This document shows positions 22,875 to 36,466 of a DNA stretch of 64,000 bases, in pieces. Under the pieces are notes generated by a model, which had not been told where the DNA came from, ran no database searches, and saw only the letters and a list, made by a program, of their open reading frames with translations. The number at the start of each line of letters is the position of its first letter. Within the stretch, counting starts at the first letter, position 1. The stretch is taken from the NCBI RefSeq assembly GCF_006345805.1, contig NC_043016.1, positions 14,074,001 to 14,138,000 of the forward strand, read 5' to 3'. The DNA comes from Octopus sinensis (Eukaryota). The position numbers were made by a program, and so were the translations under genes.

Positions 22875-25800
22875 TCTACAAACAAAAGGCTAATTTATTG
22901 TGGCTAAGGAAAGTACTATTGAATGGCCAGTTGTTAAAGGGCCTACTTGCTATTACATGACCATTGACTTCTTTTATTAAAGAATACACAAATGTTATGC
23001 ATTACATACATATATTTGCCAAATTGTCATTGAAAGGTGAGCTATATATTGAAAGGACCTGAAACAATAAACCATTACATTGCAGCTTAGACTCATATTT
23101 TATGGAAATGTTTATGCATTTGTTATGCTATATTTTTTCTCTTTTAATATACAAATATGATACCTTGCTTTAATACGATTAATACTGTAAACATATCAAT
23201 TTACAGATTGAAAATAAATTATCTATTGAAGTCCTAAAAGAACTTGGGAAAAGTTTTCGACTGTCAAAGAAAAAATCCTATCTGGAAATAAATGCGGAAG
23301 ACTTTAAAAGAGTCCTAAAACAATTGCTTGGAAATGTCGTAAAGGTATATTTCTTTTATTTTTTTAAAAATGTATTTGTTTATGCATAAAATTCTTGTGT
23401 TTTATTATAAATATTGCAGCAATTTCAGAATATTTCAACATCTTTCTTTGCTATGTAGCACAACCAAGGCTCTATTGCTCCATCAATACAATGTATCATT
23501 TATAATGTGATAGGATTTGAACTGATGTCTTTTGCTTCTGTTGAATCAGTAATTTGATCCCATTGGATATTATGCAATGTTCTTGATATCAAACCCTAGA
23601 AATTAATTTTAAGGTTATTACTGACTTTAATCATCACCGTCATTTAACGTCTGTTTTCCATGGATTGGACGGCTTGACCAGAGCTGGCAAGCTGGAGAGC
23701 TGCACCTGACACCAGTCTGATTTGGCATGGTTTCTACAGCTGGATGCCCTTCCTAACGCCAACCACTCTGCAGAGTGTGCTGAATGCTATTAATTCTGTG
23801 AAAGTGACAAATACAAGGTGGCAATTTGGCAGAATCGTTAGCATGTTGAGCAAAGTGCTTTGAGGCATTTGATGTGTCTTTATGTTCTGAGTTCAAATTC
23901 TGCCGAGGTCAACTTTCCCGTTCTTTCTTTCGGGGTTGATAAAATAGATACCAGTTGAATACTGGGGTTTGATGTTATTGACTTAACCCCCCTCCCTTGA
24001 ACTTGCTGGCCTTGTGCCAAAATTTGAAACCAATATGACAAATACAAGTAAGGCATTGAGCTGGCAGGATCATTAGCATGCTGGGCAAACTGTTTCATGA
24101 TGTTTGTCTGTCTTTATGTCCTGAGTTCAAATCTACCTTTCATCCTTTTGAGGTAAATGTAATCAACTTAACCCCTCTCCCAAAATTTCTGGCCTTGTGC
24201 CAAAATTTGAATCCAATATAAAAAACATGAGTAAAAGTCTAGTAAACATTTTTGAGCAGTCCTACTTTCAATGATATCCTCACACACCCTGAACATTCTG
24301 TGTTCAAATCCTGGTGAGATCATCTTAGCTTTTCATTATTCCAGAATGTCAGTCAATAAATATGTGCCAGTTAAATACTGAAGTTAGTTAACTTTTTTGT
24401 TACTGTATTACTGCTTTTGTTTTAATTAACATCGAAAATAATATAATTTGGTAAAAAAAAAACCCAATTTATTGTTATTATTAAACTGATGTCTGAAACA
24501 AATTATGAAATTTTGATGAAAGGTTTTGAATGAGATCACTATAAAACAAAAAAATTCCTATCTTGCAACTAGGGTTTGTCTCAGGTAGGTCAGTATCAAA
24601 AGGATTAATGTAACTATACTTTCTCTTCCAAAATTTATGGCCTTGTGTCTGTTTTAGAAAAATATTAAAATCATTGAACTGTGATTTTCATCTAGCTCCC
24701 TTTCACATCATAGGGAGATTATAAGGAAATCATAACCTATATCTCCCTTCCAAATCTCTGATGGAAATGTCAGATTTTTAGACTTCTAATTTAAAAACTA
24801 GAATCCTGGAAACAGTGTTATCATTCTAATTCAAAATAAGATAAATCAGTAGATTAAAAAATAGGATTAAAATGTAATAGCTTTACAAGAGATTTTTTGC
24901 ATTATTCACAATTTTCAGAATTGTTTTTGAAACCAAAGTAACAAATTAAAAGCTTGATATTTTCCCCTTTTTTTTTTTTTAGGAAGCAGAGATTAATGCT
25001 TTATTCATGAAGGTTGACTTCAATGCTGTGGGTTCCATTACACTGAATCAATTTTGTACATATGTGCATCTCATTTACCAAGACTTTTTCCCCAAAACTA
25101 TTACCTTTTTGTTACCAGCTAGAGGAGAACCTTTGCCCCACCGAGAACCAATCTGTCGTTTATGTGAAAATCATAATGGTACCCTTATTACATGCAGTGA
25201 GGTTTGTATAAAAGATATATTATTCATGTGTTGTCGTTGTCATCATACATGTTTTAATCCTTTTGATAACAACCTGGCTGAAACCGTCTCTGGCTCTGTA
25301 AGTACAGATGTCTTGTTTTCAAAAGTTCTGAATTAAAATCTTCCACCAAACCTTAGTCACAATTTATGTTCGTAACACTAGCTGAATGATAACCAAGTTA
25401 TTTTACTAAATTCTTTGTTATATTTAAAATTAATTGAAAGAAACACAGAGCATCCCAACAGAAATATGGTAACAAAAGGGTTAAATGTGTTTTCCCATGT
25501 AAAGATTATTGAAAAGTAATATGCTTCAATATCTAACTTTGTATAACTCCATTTTATCTGACTATAAAATGAGATCATCAGAGATAGTAAAACTGTTTCA
25601 CATTTTCTGCAATTTCCATTGATGATACTGTTTGAAATTTTAGATACTGGGTTCCGTGATTAACCATATTAACAATGCTGGGCATACTCACAAGTGACAG
25701 GGATCAGAATATAAAAGGGCTGGTTGTGTAAAAGAAGAGAGAGATATAGATGGTAGCAAGTGCCTGGGCATACCCTTGAGGTTCGAAGGTCATAATATAA

Positions 25801-28800
25801 AAGGCAGGATATTGTGAAGGAAGTGTTATTAAAGAGTGGAGAGCTAAGGTGAGTGAATGGTGAAAACCTAGGTATATATACAGTCAGAGGGCTACCAGAT
25901 AGCAATGGTGCTGAGTTCCTTCTCCTACCTAACTCTTTTACTGTTCTTTCTTCCTACCTCTATTATTATTTCTACTTTCCAGTGGTGCTCATTTTTTACT
26001 TATGGACCTCACCTTTGATTCCTGTTTTACTCAGGTGGACCCTTATAGCCTTTTCATATTTAAAAAGCTCTATTTTTTAAAATTAAATATTATTAGGAAT
26101 TTTATAGAAATATTGTTAAAATATTTTGTGTATGGTAGACGTATAACCAATTTATTGTATATAAACTTTAACAGCAAAATCTTATATGGACCCCGCTGCT
26201 AAGGGTCGTATGGACCCAGTTGAAAACTACTGTATCCCTACCAGTCAGCTACTCTCTTTACTTGTATCCACTTGTTCCACTCAACTTTCCTAAACTCATC
26301 ATCCCTATTGCGTTTCACCTTCCAAGCTGCACTCCAAAATCCTTATCTAAATCCTTCCTCCCCAGAACAGTGACTGTTTGCTATTTTCTTCCCATCTGAT
26401 ATTTCTCCCTTATATATTGAAATACAGATGTTCAATATGAGCATACAAACTACTTTGCACCACATCAAAGCCTTTTACCAGACAAGATGATGGAACACCC
26501 AAAACCTTATTTCACTCAAAACATACTGCATCTCTTAGGAAAATAAACTTACTTCACTTCAATCTCGATACTTTCTCAAGAACTTCTGCATAATTTCAGG
26601 CAACCTTGAACTGTGTTACCATACTTCTGTTGAAACACTGTATTTATTTCAATTAATTTTGAAAACAGTGAAGAATTTAGTTATTTTACTTTCTCATTGT
26701 CAATCTGGAATTTGGAACATAAATTAACATGACATTTTGTTGGCATGTTTTAAGTTAGATTACTTAAAAATAAGAAGTTTGTATCATAAAATCTAGGTGT
26801 GATTTCAGGCAGGTTGGTATCAACATTTTAAAAAGCAATTACATATTTTTTTATATAGATAAAAATGCTATATAAAAAAAGAGAGCAAGTCTTCAGAGCC
26901 GGAAAATACTAAGTGCATTGAAAGCAAATATGCGTCACACTTGATTGCTGCTTCTTTTATACATCTGTTTACATTTAGCCCACTCCCAAAAGAAACTTAC
27001 CTACTTAGTAAACAGGACAGCACTGGCTGGTGCCACAAAATTCAAGCTGTAATTTTTTTCAATATCTGTTCTACAGTTATTATAACAAAATTTTCTCCAA
27101 CAGGTCTGCTAAGGCCATATAACAACAAGACTAATTTCTCTAAACTTGTTCATTGTATTGTTAGCACTTAAATGCTTAACTGCTGTGTTCTTAATTTGCT
27201 GTTGTCAAATCCTATCCCAAACCATGTACTAGATACTTTTCCTGTCTCTAATTTTCTCAGAACAATCTCACTATTGAAGGAGGTGAATTACTAGGATGAT
27301 ATATATTTTCTTTTCTGATATAATAATCGGCAGAATTTACAGAGTGACTCAAGAGCTGGTCTCAAATCATGGGGTTATATACTGGTGATAATGGTATTTC
27401 TCTGGATTGTTCTAAAACAAATTATAAAAAAACTATTACATGTCACATGGATAATGCATGTTTTTCAAATGATTTGCCCATTAAGAAATACACACATACA
27501 CATGCACAGACATACTAGTAATAGTGTAAGCATTAGACAAACTGGCACAATATAATAAATAAACCAAACCTAGGACTATATGTATAGCTTTTCCCAGAAG
27601 CTTAATGCTCAGGCGCAGTCAGGATTGAGGGGTCTCAATGTTAAAAGGCTTGTAACCACTATATTTTGGGTCTTTGACTGACAAGGAAATCAGCTATGAA
27701 TGTTCTGTGCATCGTGTTTTTGCCTAATTTTCTTCCTGTTAAGTTTCTGTCTGCTTTTGTCTAATTTTTTTCTCTTTGTTGTGTTCTTTCTGTTCAGCCC
27801 TTGATATATATATATATATATAGATATATATAGATATATATATATGATCATCATCATTTAACATCCGTTGTCCATGCTGGCATGGGTTGGATGGTTTGAC
27901 TGGGCTGGCATACTGGAAGGTTGCACCAGACTCCAGTCTGATTTGGCATGGGTTTCTACAGCTGGATGCCCTTCCTATAAGTATGTACATGTATCACTCA
28001 CCCAACCACTAATTTGTAAAACTTCAATGCAGACAATTATCTCACTATTTTCTATTTATTATATCACAGAGTATAAGGAATCAATAAAACATTTAGAAAC
28101 AGTCCACTGCTCTTCAGATTTATTAATACAATAAAAATTCGCTTAATTGCATTGCAGTTAAACATATAATTTGATTAACTGCATACCTTTTCAAAGTACA
28201 AAATCGTTTAGCATCAAATTTAAGTAAAATTATTAAATAAATCATTTATCCAAATAAAGTTAATTTTGGTTAATTGTCTAAGATTTGTCCATGATGCTTT
28301 AGTTTTAAAAATTGGTAAAATATAGAATAAAATTTAAACATGTTTTGATACGAAATAAAATGATTTTTGAAGCATCTATCTTCATGATGACATAAAATGA
28401 CAACATTTAATCTTAGCAATCTATCGATGTAAAAAGCAAAAAGCTTTAATGGATTCAAGTCATTAAATTAAGACTTCTGAAGTTCAGATTCTGATATATT
28501 TTATTCGTTTAAGTTGTGTAATGAAATTCTTCATTAAATAAATCACAGTAAAAAATTTGTAAAATGATTGTTTTGAACCAAGCAGTGATGAATGGACACT
28601 TGTTTTTTAACCTTTAGGTCCCCTGTTGTTATGACTAAATAATTTAAAGTATATGTATACAGTTGTACTCAAGAAGATCCACCCACCACCTTAATTGATA
28701 TCCGAAAACCACGGTGCCATGTGAAAGAAAAACATTGGTGCTAAGGTTATGTAAAAAGCAGTGGTGCTGGTGCCATGTAAAATGCACCCAGTACATTCTG

Positions 28801-31472
28801 TAGAGTAGTTGGCATTAGGAGGGGCATCCTGCTGTATAGACTAAGCCAAAGCAGGCTATGGAATGGGGTATAGCCCCTGTCAAGCTGTCCAACCTCTACC
28901 AACATGGATGTTAATTGATGATAATGATGACGATGACAGCACTGAGAATGTGAAAGTTAAAATCAGGATATATGAATTTGGGCTGTGTTTGGTTAATTGG
29001 AGAACATCAAAGGGAACCGACAAACCTCATTTTCATGTCAATTACATATCAATATGAAGAAGGAAACCCCACCCAACTTGTATTACGGGTAGTAAATTAT
29101 TGAATTATTTGTAAAGAAAAACTTTTTATTCTTGCTTTATGTAATTTGTTCATGTGTAACATAGCCACAATATACATGGCCTGATCAATAAGTATCCGGA
29201 CTGTTGCCATAGTAACGAAGCTAAAGCATGCAGAGTGAAGCTACTTAGCACAGATTGACCTTGAACTCTTCTGTGCATGTGTACTAAGTTTTAACGTTCT
29301 AGCTCACTTCCGCCATTTACAATAGTGCTTGGAAGGAAGGTGTGTAGCATGTGATCATTGTATTGACCATGACAGAGAATCTGCATCAAATTTTGCCAAA
29401 AGCTTGGTGATACCTGCTCAGAGTCTATTCAAAATTTTCAAAAAGTTTCCATCATTCTGAACGCAATCAAGGAGATCTTGTGTACCTGAAACCCAAGTGT
29501 CTTTTTGGTCAGCTGAAAGCAGTTTTGGCACAAACTTGGCAAACATGCATCTCATACCCAAATCTTCAGTGATAATGGACTGGACTGAACTGTAACTAAT
29601 CTGAACATCCTCTGATAACTCACGGATGGTGATTCGACGATTTCCCCTCACAGCTGCAGACACATCTGCAATGTTTTTCTCAGTACTGCTGGTTGCTGGT
29701 CTCTTTGCACGTTTGTCAATAGCGACATTTTTTGGTCATCTTGGAAACGTCTGAACCATTCATACACTTGTATGTAGCTCATACACTCTTCTCCATACAC
29801 TTTCTGCAACTTTGCGTAAGCCTCTGAGTAGGTATTGCCATAAAAACTTTCTCTGTCAAGGTCAATGTAACAATCACACACTACACACCTTCCTTCCAAG
29901 CACTGCCGTAAACAGCGGAAGTGAGCTAGAACATTAAAACTTAGAGCATATACGCAGCAGAGTTCAAAGTCAATCTTTGCCAAGCGGCTTCACTCTGTAT
30001 GCTTTAGCTCTGTTACAATGGCAACAGTCCAAATACTTATTGATCAGACCTCATATTACTATTGAAAAAATATTGAAAACCATAATTTATCCTGTAGCAG
30101 GTAAATTTGGTAAATTGCACACACTGATTGCTTCATTGAGGTTGGAATTGACTGTAATAAAATAAGATTTCATTCTGTGCTCAGTAATTGTTGAAAATCA
30201 TTAATGTGTTTTGTTAACCCTTTAGTATTTAAACTGGTCCAAATATTCTACTGGTTTTTTGTTCAAACCAGCCATATCTGGCCACTCACACTAGCCCTAC
30301 AATGTCATTCTTAAAACAAACTTATTACATCATTGAAATCCCAAAGCTATGACATAATGCACGGTTAACTCAAGACAATTTGGATGAATAAGCAATATGT
30401 AATGTTAAAGGATTAAATCTGTGTCCCAGTTGATATTGTTTTGGAATTTTTTTCAGAGAAAATGTGTTGTACATATTTGTGTATGTTTTTATGTGCCAAT
30501 ATTTAATATTAAAAGCTTTGAATTTTTCATTTTACAGCATGGAATTGTTTCCTTTTGGAGTTCTATGTCAACACTTAGAAAGAAAAAACGCATCGTTGTA
30601 AGCAATTAGCTCTTTTTAATAAATTACGTTTGATTTATTGCCATCTTGATTCTATGCAGCTTTGACATATTAAATGGTGAATAAAGTTATATTTTAGCTA
30701 ACATAAACTATAATTGCATGTCCGTGGCATCATGATCTATATAGATACTCCAGTAACCATCCACCACCACCACCACCTCATACTCTAGTTAATCTCATTT
30801 CTCTACTGACATAATCTAAAACGTATTCTAGCTAATATTATGCTCCTACCTTCATGACCTAATTTTACACGGACTTGTGAGAAAAGCAACCAAATCACTC
30901 TCAGATCACACTTTAGTGTCTTAAAAATAGGACATGCTTAGATTATGTAGTCTGTGTCAAAAATAGATGGCTGGTCTTGGCTAGAATGCCTTTAATCATA
31001 GGTCTTCTCAGTCGGGGCTAATGTGGGATTAAGAAACAACAACTTCTGCCCATTTGTTACTTTCATCTGTATTTTTTCCGTCACCTTTGTTAAGGATATG
31101 TGTGGCTATTAATTTCAAAGTTTTAATTTAAAAACATTATTAGAATTAGCATATTTCATTCAATATATATACAAAATAAAATGCAAATTATTGAAGATGT
31201 TCTAAAAATACTGTAAAAAAAACCCCCATAAAATGTGATGTCATAAGGAAGCAGCTTTGTGCTTGCTCAATATGTTAGAAATAGCAGCCAGATCTCTTTC
31301 AGATCATATAATTCCAACCTTAAAAGATACATATCAGATAATGAAGTCCTCAAAAGATGGGATAACCATAGTTAGAATGCCTTAGACTGTAGGTCTGCTC
31401 AGTGAAGGCTGACCTGAGTCTAAACAACAGCATAGATTATGTATAAACTAAGTTATGATAGAATAGAAGAAT

Positions 31473-31504
<32 letters not shown>

Positions 31505-33113
31505 TTAGCGTCCGCTTTCCATGCTAGCATGGGTTGGACGGTTCAACTGGGGTCTGTGAAGCCAGAAGGCTGCATCAGGCCCAGTCTGATCTGGCAGTGT
31601 TTCTACGGCTGGATGCCCTTCCTAACGCTAACCACTCCGTGAGTATAGTGGGTGCTTTTTACGTGCCACCCGCACAGGTGCCAGACAGAGCTGGCAAACG
31701 GCCATGGACGGATGGTACTTTTTACGTGCCTACCCCCTGGGGGCTAAACATAGAGGGGATAAAAGAATGACAAACCAGGGGATTAAGTCGATTACATCAA
31801 CCCCAGTGCGTAACTGGTACTTATTTAATCGACCCCCAAAAGGATGGAAGGCAAAGTTGACCTTGGCCAAATTTGAACTCAGAACATAAAGACAGACGGT
31901 ACCACTAAGCATTTCGTCTGGCATGCTAACGATTCTGCCAGCTTGCCTCCCTATAGAAGAATATTAATTGGATTGATTTGTAACATTTTTCCCCCCCAAT
32001 GATTGGTCTTTTAGCATATATTATATTTTTTTCCCTTTTTTTCAGAGTCCTAATCCTGAAAGACGCACACCAAAATGGATTACTGACTTTTTAATTATGT
32101 CTAAGTATAATAAATTAATGGTTGGAACTGGGTGAGTTTTAATTCAATCCTTCTTACATTTTCCAAGTTTCCAGCTCTACGAGTCCTACTCTGCTATATT
32201 ACTGTAGCTTCATATTTCACAGTCCAACTTCATTCTATACTGGAGTTTCTCTTAAAATCTATCATCACCATTTATGTAGTTCTAATCTTTCTACCAAAGA
32301 GATTTCTCATTCTGGCTCAAATTTCTTGTTAAATTAGACAAAAACAAGGATTATGATTCTATATATACCATCATCATCACCATCACCATTTAGTGTCCAC
32401 TTCTCCATGCATGCATGGGTCAGATGAAATTTTTCTATGGCTGGATGCGCTTCCTGTCATCAACCCTCACCTGTTTCCAAGCAAGGTAATATTTCTCCAT
32501 GGCCAGACATGTTTTTATGGAAGATTGAAATTGAAGGACAATGCTTGTATGACAGTAACACTCATTCACAGCACTTAAATGATATCAAGACAAGCAGACA
32601 CAAACACACATACATAATGTGTGTGTGTGTGTATGTCATCATCATTGTTTAACGTCCGTTTTCCATGCTAGCATGGGTTGGACGGTTCGACCGGGATCTG
32701 GAAAGCCAGAAGGCTGCACCAGGCCCAGTCTGATCTGGCAGTGTTTCTACAGCTGGATGCCCTTCCTAACACCAACCGCTCCGTGAGTGTAGTGGGTGCT
32801 TTTTACATGCCAGAGGAGGCTGGCAACAGCCACGATCAGTTGGTGCTCTTACGTGCCACCGGCACGAAGGCCAGCCAAGGCAGCGCTGGCAACGGCCATG
32901 TTCAGATGGTTCTTTTACGTGCCACCGGCACAGATATCACAACTACAATTTCCATTGATTTTTGATTGATTTCGATTTCACTTGCCTCAACAGGTCTTCA
33001 CAAGCAGAGTTTTGTGTCCCAAGAAGGAAAGGTATGCATAAGTGGACTGGCTACATCCCAGGTAGAGGCCACAGGTTATGGTCTCACTTGTCCTGCCGAG
33101 TCATATATATATA

Positions 33114-33155
<42 letters not shown>

Positions 33156-33912
33156 ATAAGTGACAGAGAAATAGTTTGATGAATTCAAATATCACAACAA
33201 ATTGTTTTGTAACTTAAAAACAAGTAGATAATTTATATTACTATATATATATTTGTGTTGCTAGTACTTGGTGACCCTGCCAGTGCTGGTGCCACATATA
33301 AAGCATCCAGTCCACACTGTAAAGTGGGTGGCATTTGGAAGAGCTTCCAGCTGTAAAAACCTTGCCAAAACTGACCTCACCTGTGCTTGTGCCACATAAA
33401 AAAGCACTAAGTCCACTCTGTTGAGTGGTTAGTGATAGGAAGAGCATCCAGCTGTAAAAATCCTGCCAAATTGTCTAACTGTCCCACCCATGCCAGCATG
33501 GAAGGTGGACATTAAACGATGATGATGATGATATTTGATAATAAATTAATTACTTACATGTCTGCATTTGTCATGATATTAGAATTTTCTTATTGTTAAA
33601 TAAAATTTCATCAAAGTCTTTCTCTGTCATTTATGACTTTATACACCCCTGATTGGTTTCTCTTGTATCGTACTATGTATTCTATGTTTTGTAGAATAAT
33701 ACGTTAAGGAGCTTTTTCTAACCAGATTCTACACTCATATTCTTGTTACTTGTGAGTATACCCTAGCACTACACCATCTCTCTTTCACCTTTGCTGTTTC
33801 CTACTCTCTCTCTCTCTTTCCCTTTGGTCACTGTCTCTCCTGTTGTTTTTCCTCTGACTAGGTAACCAAGTATCACTTTTACATCAACAAACTTGTTTCT
33901 GGCCTCTTCTTG

Positions 33913-34008
<96 letters not shown>

Positions 34009-35181
34009 GGCACGTAAAAAGCACATTGCCAGCATCGCCTAGCCCCCATGCCGGTGGCACGTAAAAAGCATCACCCGACCGTGTCCGTTGCCAGCACCGC
34101 CCCGACTGGCCGCCGTGCCGGTGGTACGTAAAAAGCACCATCCGATCATGGCCGTTGCCAGCCTTGCCTGGCCCCTGTGCCAGTGACACGTAAAAAGCAT
34201 CATCCGTCCGTTGCCAGTGCCGCCCCGACTGGCCTCTGTGCCGATGGCACGTAAAAAGCACCCACTACACTCACGGAGTGGTTGGCGTTAGGAAGGGCAG
34301 ATCAGACTGGGCCTGGTGCAGCCTTCTGGCTTCCCAAACCCTAGTTGAACCATCCAACCCATGCTAGCATGGAAAGCGGATGCTAAATGATGATGATGAT
34401 GATGATATATATATACATATATATTTCCCTATTACACTCAAACCTCTCATCATCTGATACTGGATCATCTCCTTTGAAGACCCTTCATTGTGGCAACACA
34501 CCTGTTTCTGTCTCTCTGTGTCTTTGTCTCACTCTGACTTTCCATTCTCTGACACAAATGCCATGCCCCTCTCATAATTCCTTGTCTTGTGAGTTACTTG
34601 GTTTCCTGCCAGTGCTGGTGCCACTTAAAATGCATCCAGTCCACACTGTAATGTGGTTGGCATCTGCAAGGGCATCCAGCTGTAAAACTCTTACCAAAAC
34701 TAACTTTGCCTGTACTAGTACTACATAAAAAGCACTGAATCCATTCTGCGGAGTGGTCAGTGTTAGGAAGGGCATCCAGCCATAAAATCCTTGCCAAAAC
34801 AGACACAGCAGCCTTTGGGTAGATTTTCTACCTGGCTGGCTCCTGTCAACCATCCTACCCACGCAAGCATGGAAGATAGATGTTAAACAATGATGGTGAT
34901 GACGACTGGATTACTTGAATCCATATATTGTGACTTAAATTTATAAATCACCCAGACACAACAGGCTTCATTCAGTTTCTGTCTATCAAATCTAGTCATA
35001 AGCAATTGGTCATCCCAAAGCTATTGTAGAAGATTCTTGTCCAAGGTGCCCTTCAGTGGGACTGAACCCAGAACCATTTGGTTAAGAAGCAAACTTCTTA
35101 CTACTAGGCCACATTCAGTTTTTTTGGAAAATAACCAAAACTAGATGCAATTATAAGAATTATGCATAACTGTTGCTCTCC

Positions 35182-35243
<62 letters not shown>

Positions 35244-36240
35244 GTGTGTGTGTGTGTGTGTGTGTGTTGTGTGGTGTGTGTGTGTGTGTGTGTGGTGTGT
35301 GTGCGTGCGTGCTTGTATGTGTGTGTATATATATTAATAATAATAATATGACAACATAAGAATGAATGAGATCGATATTATGAAAATAGAGGAATTTATT
35401 TATAATATAATATGTGATAATTAGTTGGTTGTCATAATAAAACTCGGATGCCATGGCTGAAGTCTGCTCTGGCATTTCATCAGTTATTAAGGCAAAAAAA
35501 AATAAATAACTGATGAGATGCCAGAGCAGACTTCAGCCCCAGCATCTGAAACTCTGAGTTTTATTATGACAACCAACTAATTGTCACATATTATATTTAT
35601 TTCTAATATATATATATATAAAACCAAAAAATAAGCAACAAGAATGGATCGGTAGTTTAGTACAATTGTTTCATACTATAAACATTTTATTAAAGCTGCA
35701 AATATTACAGCAAATATAATGTCAAGTAATCTTCAGCTAAATTTCATATAGATTTTCCAAACATCTTAGAGAGTGTAAATATACTTATAAAGTTATAGAT
35801 GTGAGTTCCAGGAACTTGAAGTAAGAGTCCAAGCAGACCATATATGCTTTCCAACAATACAAAGTTCTTAAATTAATTATTGACATCCCAGAGAAGGTAA
35901 ATATACTCATAAAGATGTGGATATAAATTTCAAGAAACATGAAGAAAGATGCCGATCAGACCACGATTTAGTTCGCATCTAACTGTAGCAAACAAAATTC
36001 TATATGAAATTTAGCTGAAGATTACTTGACATTATATTTGCTGTAATATTTGCAGCTTTAATAAAATGTTTATAGTATGAAACAATTGTACTAAACTACC
36101 GATCCATTCTTGTTGCTTATTTTTTGGTTATAATCACCCCACATAATTTTTATGGGTAATACCATAAAAAAATTCTGGTGCATCTAAGTTAAGTACCATA
36201 TTCATTTGAATCTAAATTGTTTTGCTGATATATATATATA

Positions 36241-36284
<44 letters not shown>

Positions 36285-36312
36285 TATATATATATATATA
36301 TAATATATTTAT

Positions 36313-36345
<33 letters not shown>

Positions 36346-36382
36346 ATATATATATTATTTATATATATATATATATATTATA

Positions 36383-36466
<84 letters not shown>

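Noticed and set aside
25202-25336. Read-through extension of exon 3 (ORF 25007..25336)
   Set aside because: Runs past a phase-compatible donor into a MITE. Family similarity resumes in exon 4.
34009-34260. Regularly spaced short repeats resembling a CRISPR array
   Set aside because: Spacers are similar to one another, the array lies inside a dispersed eukaryotic SINE, and there are no cas genes.
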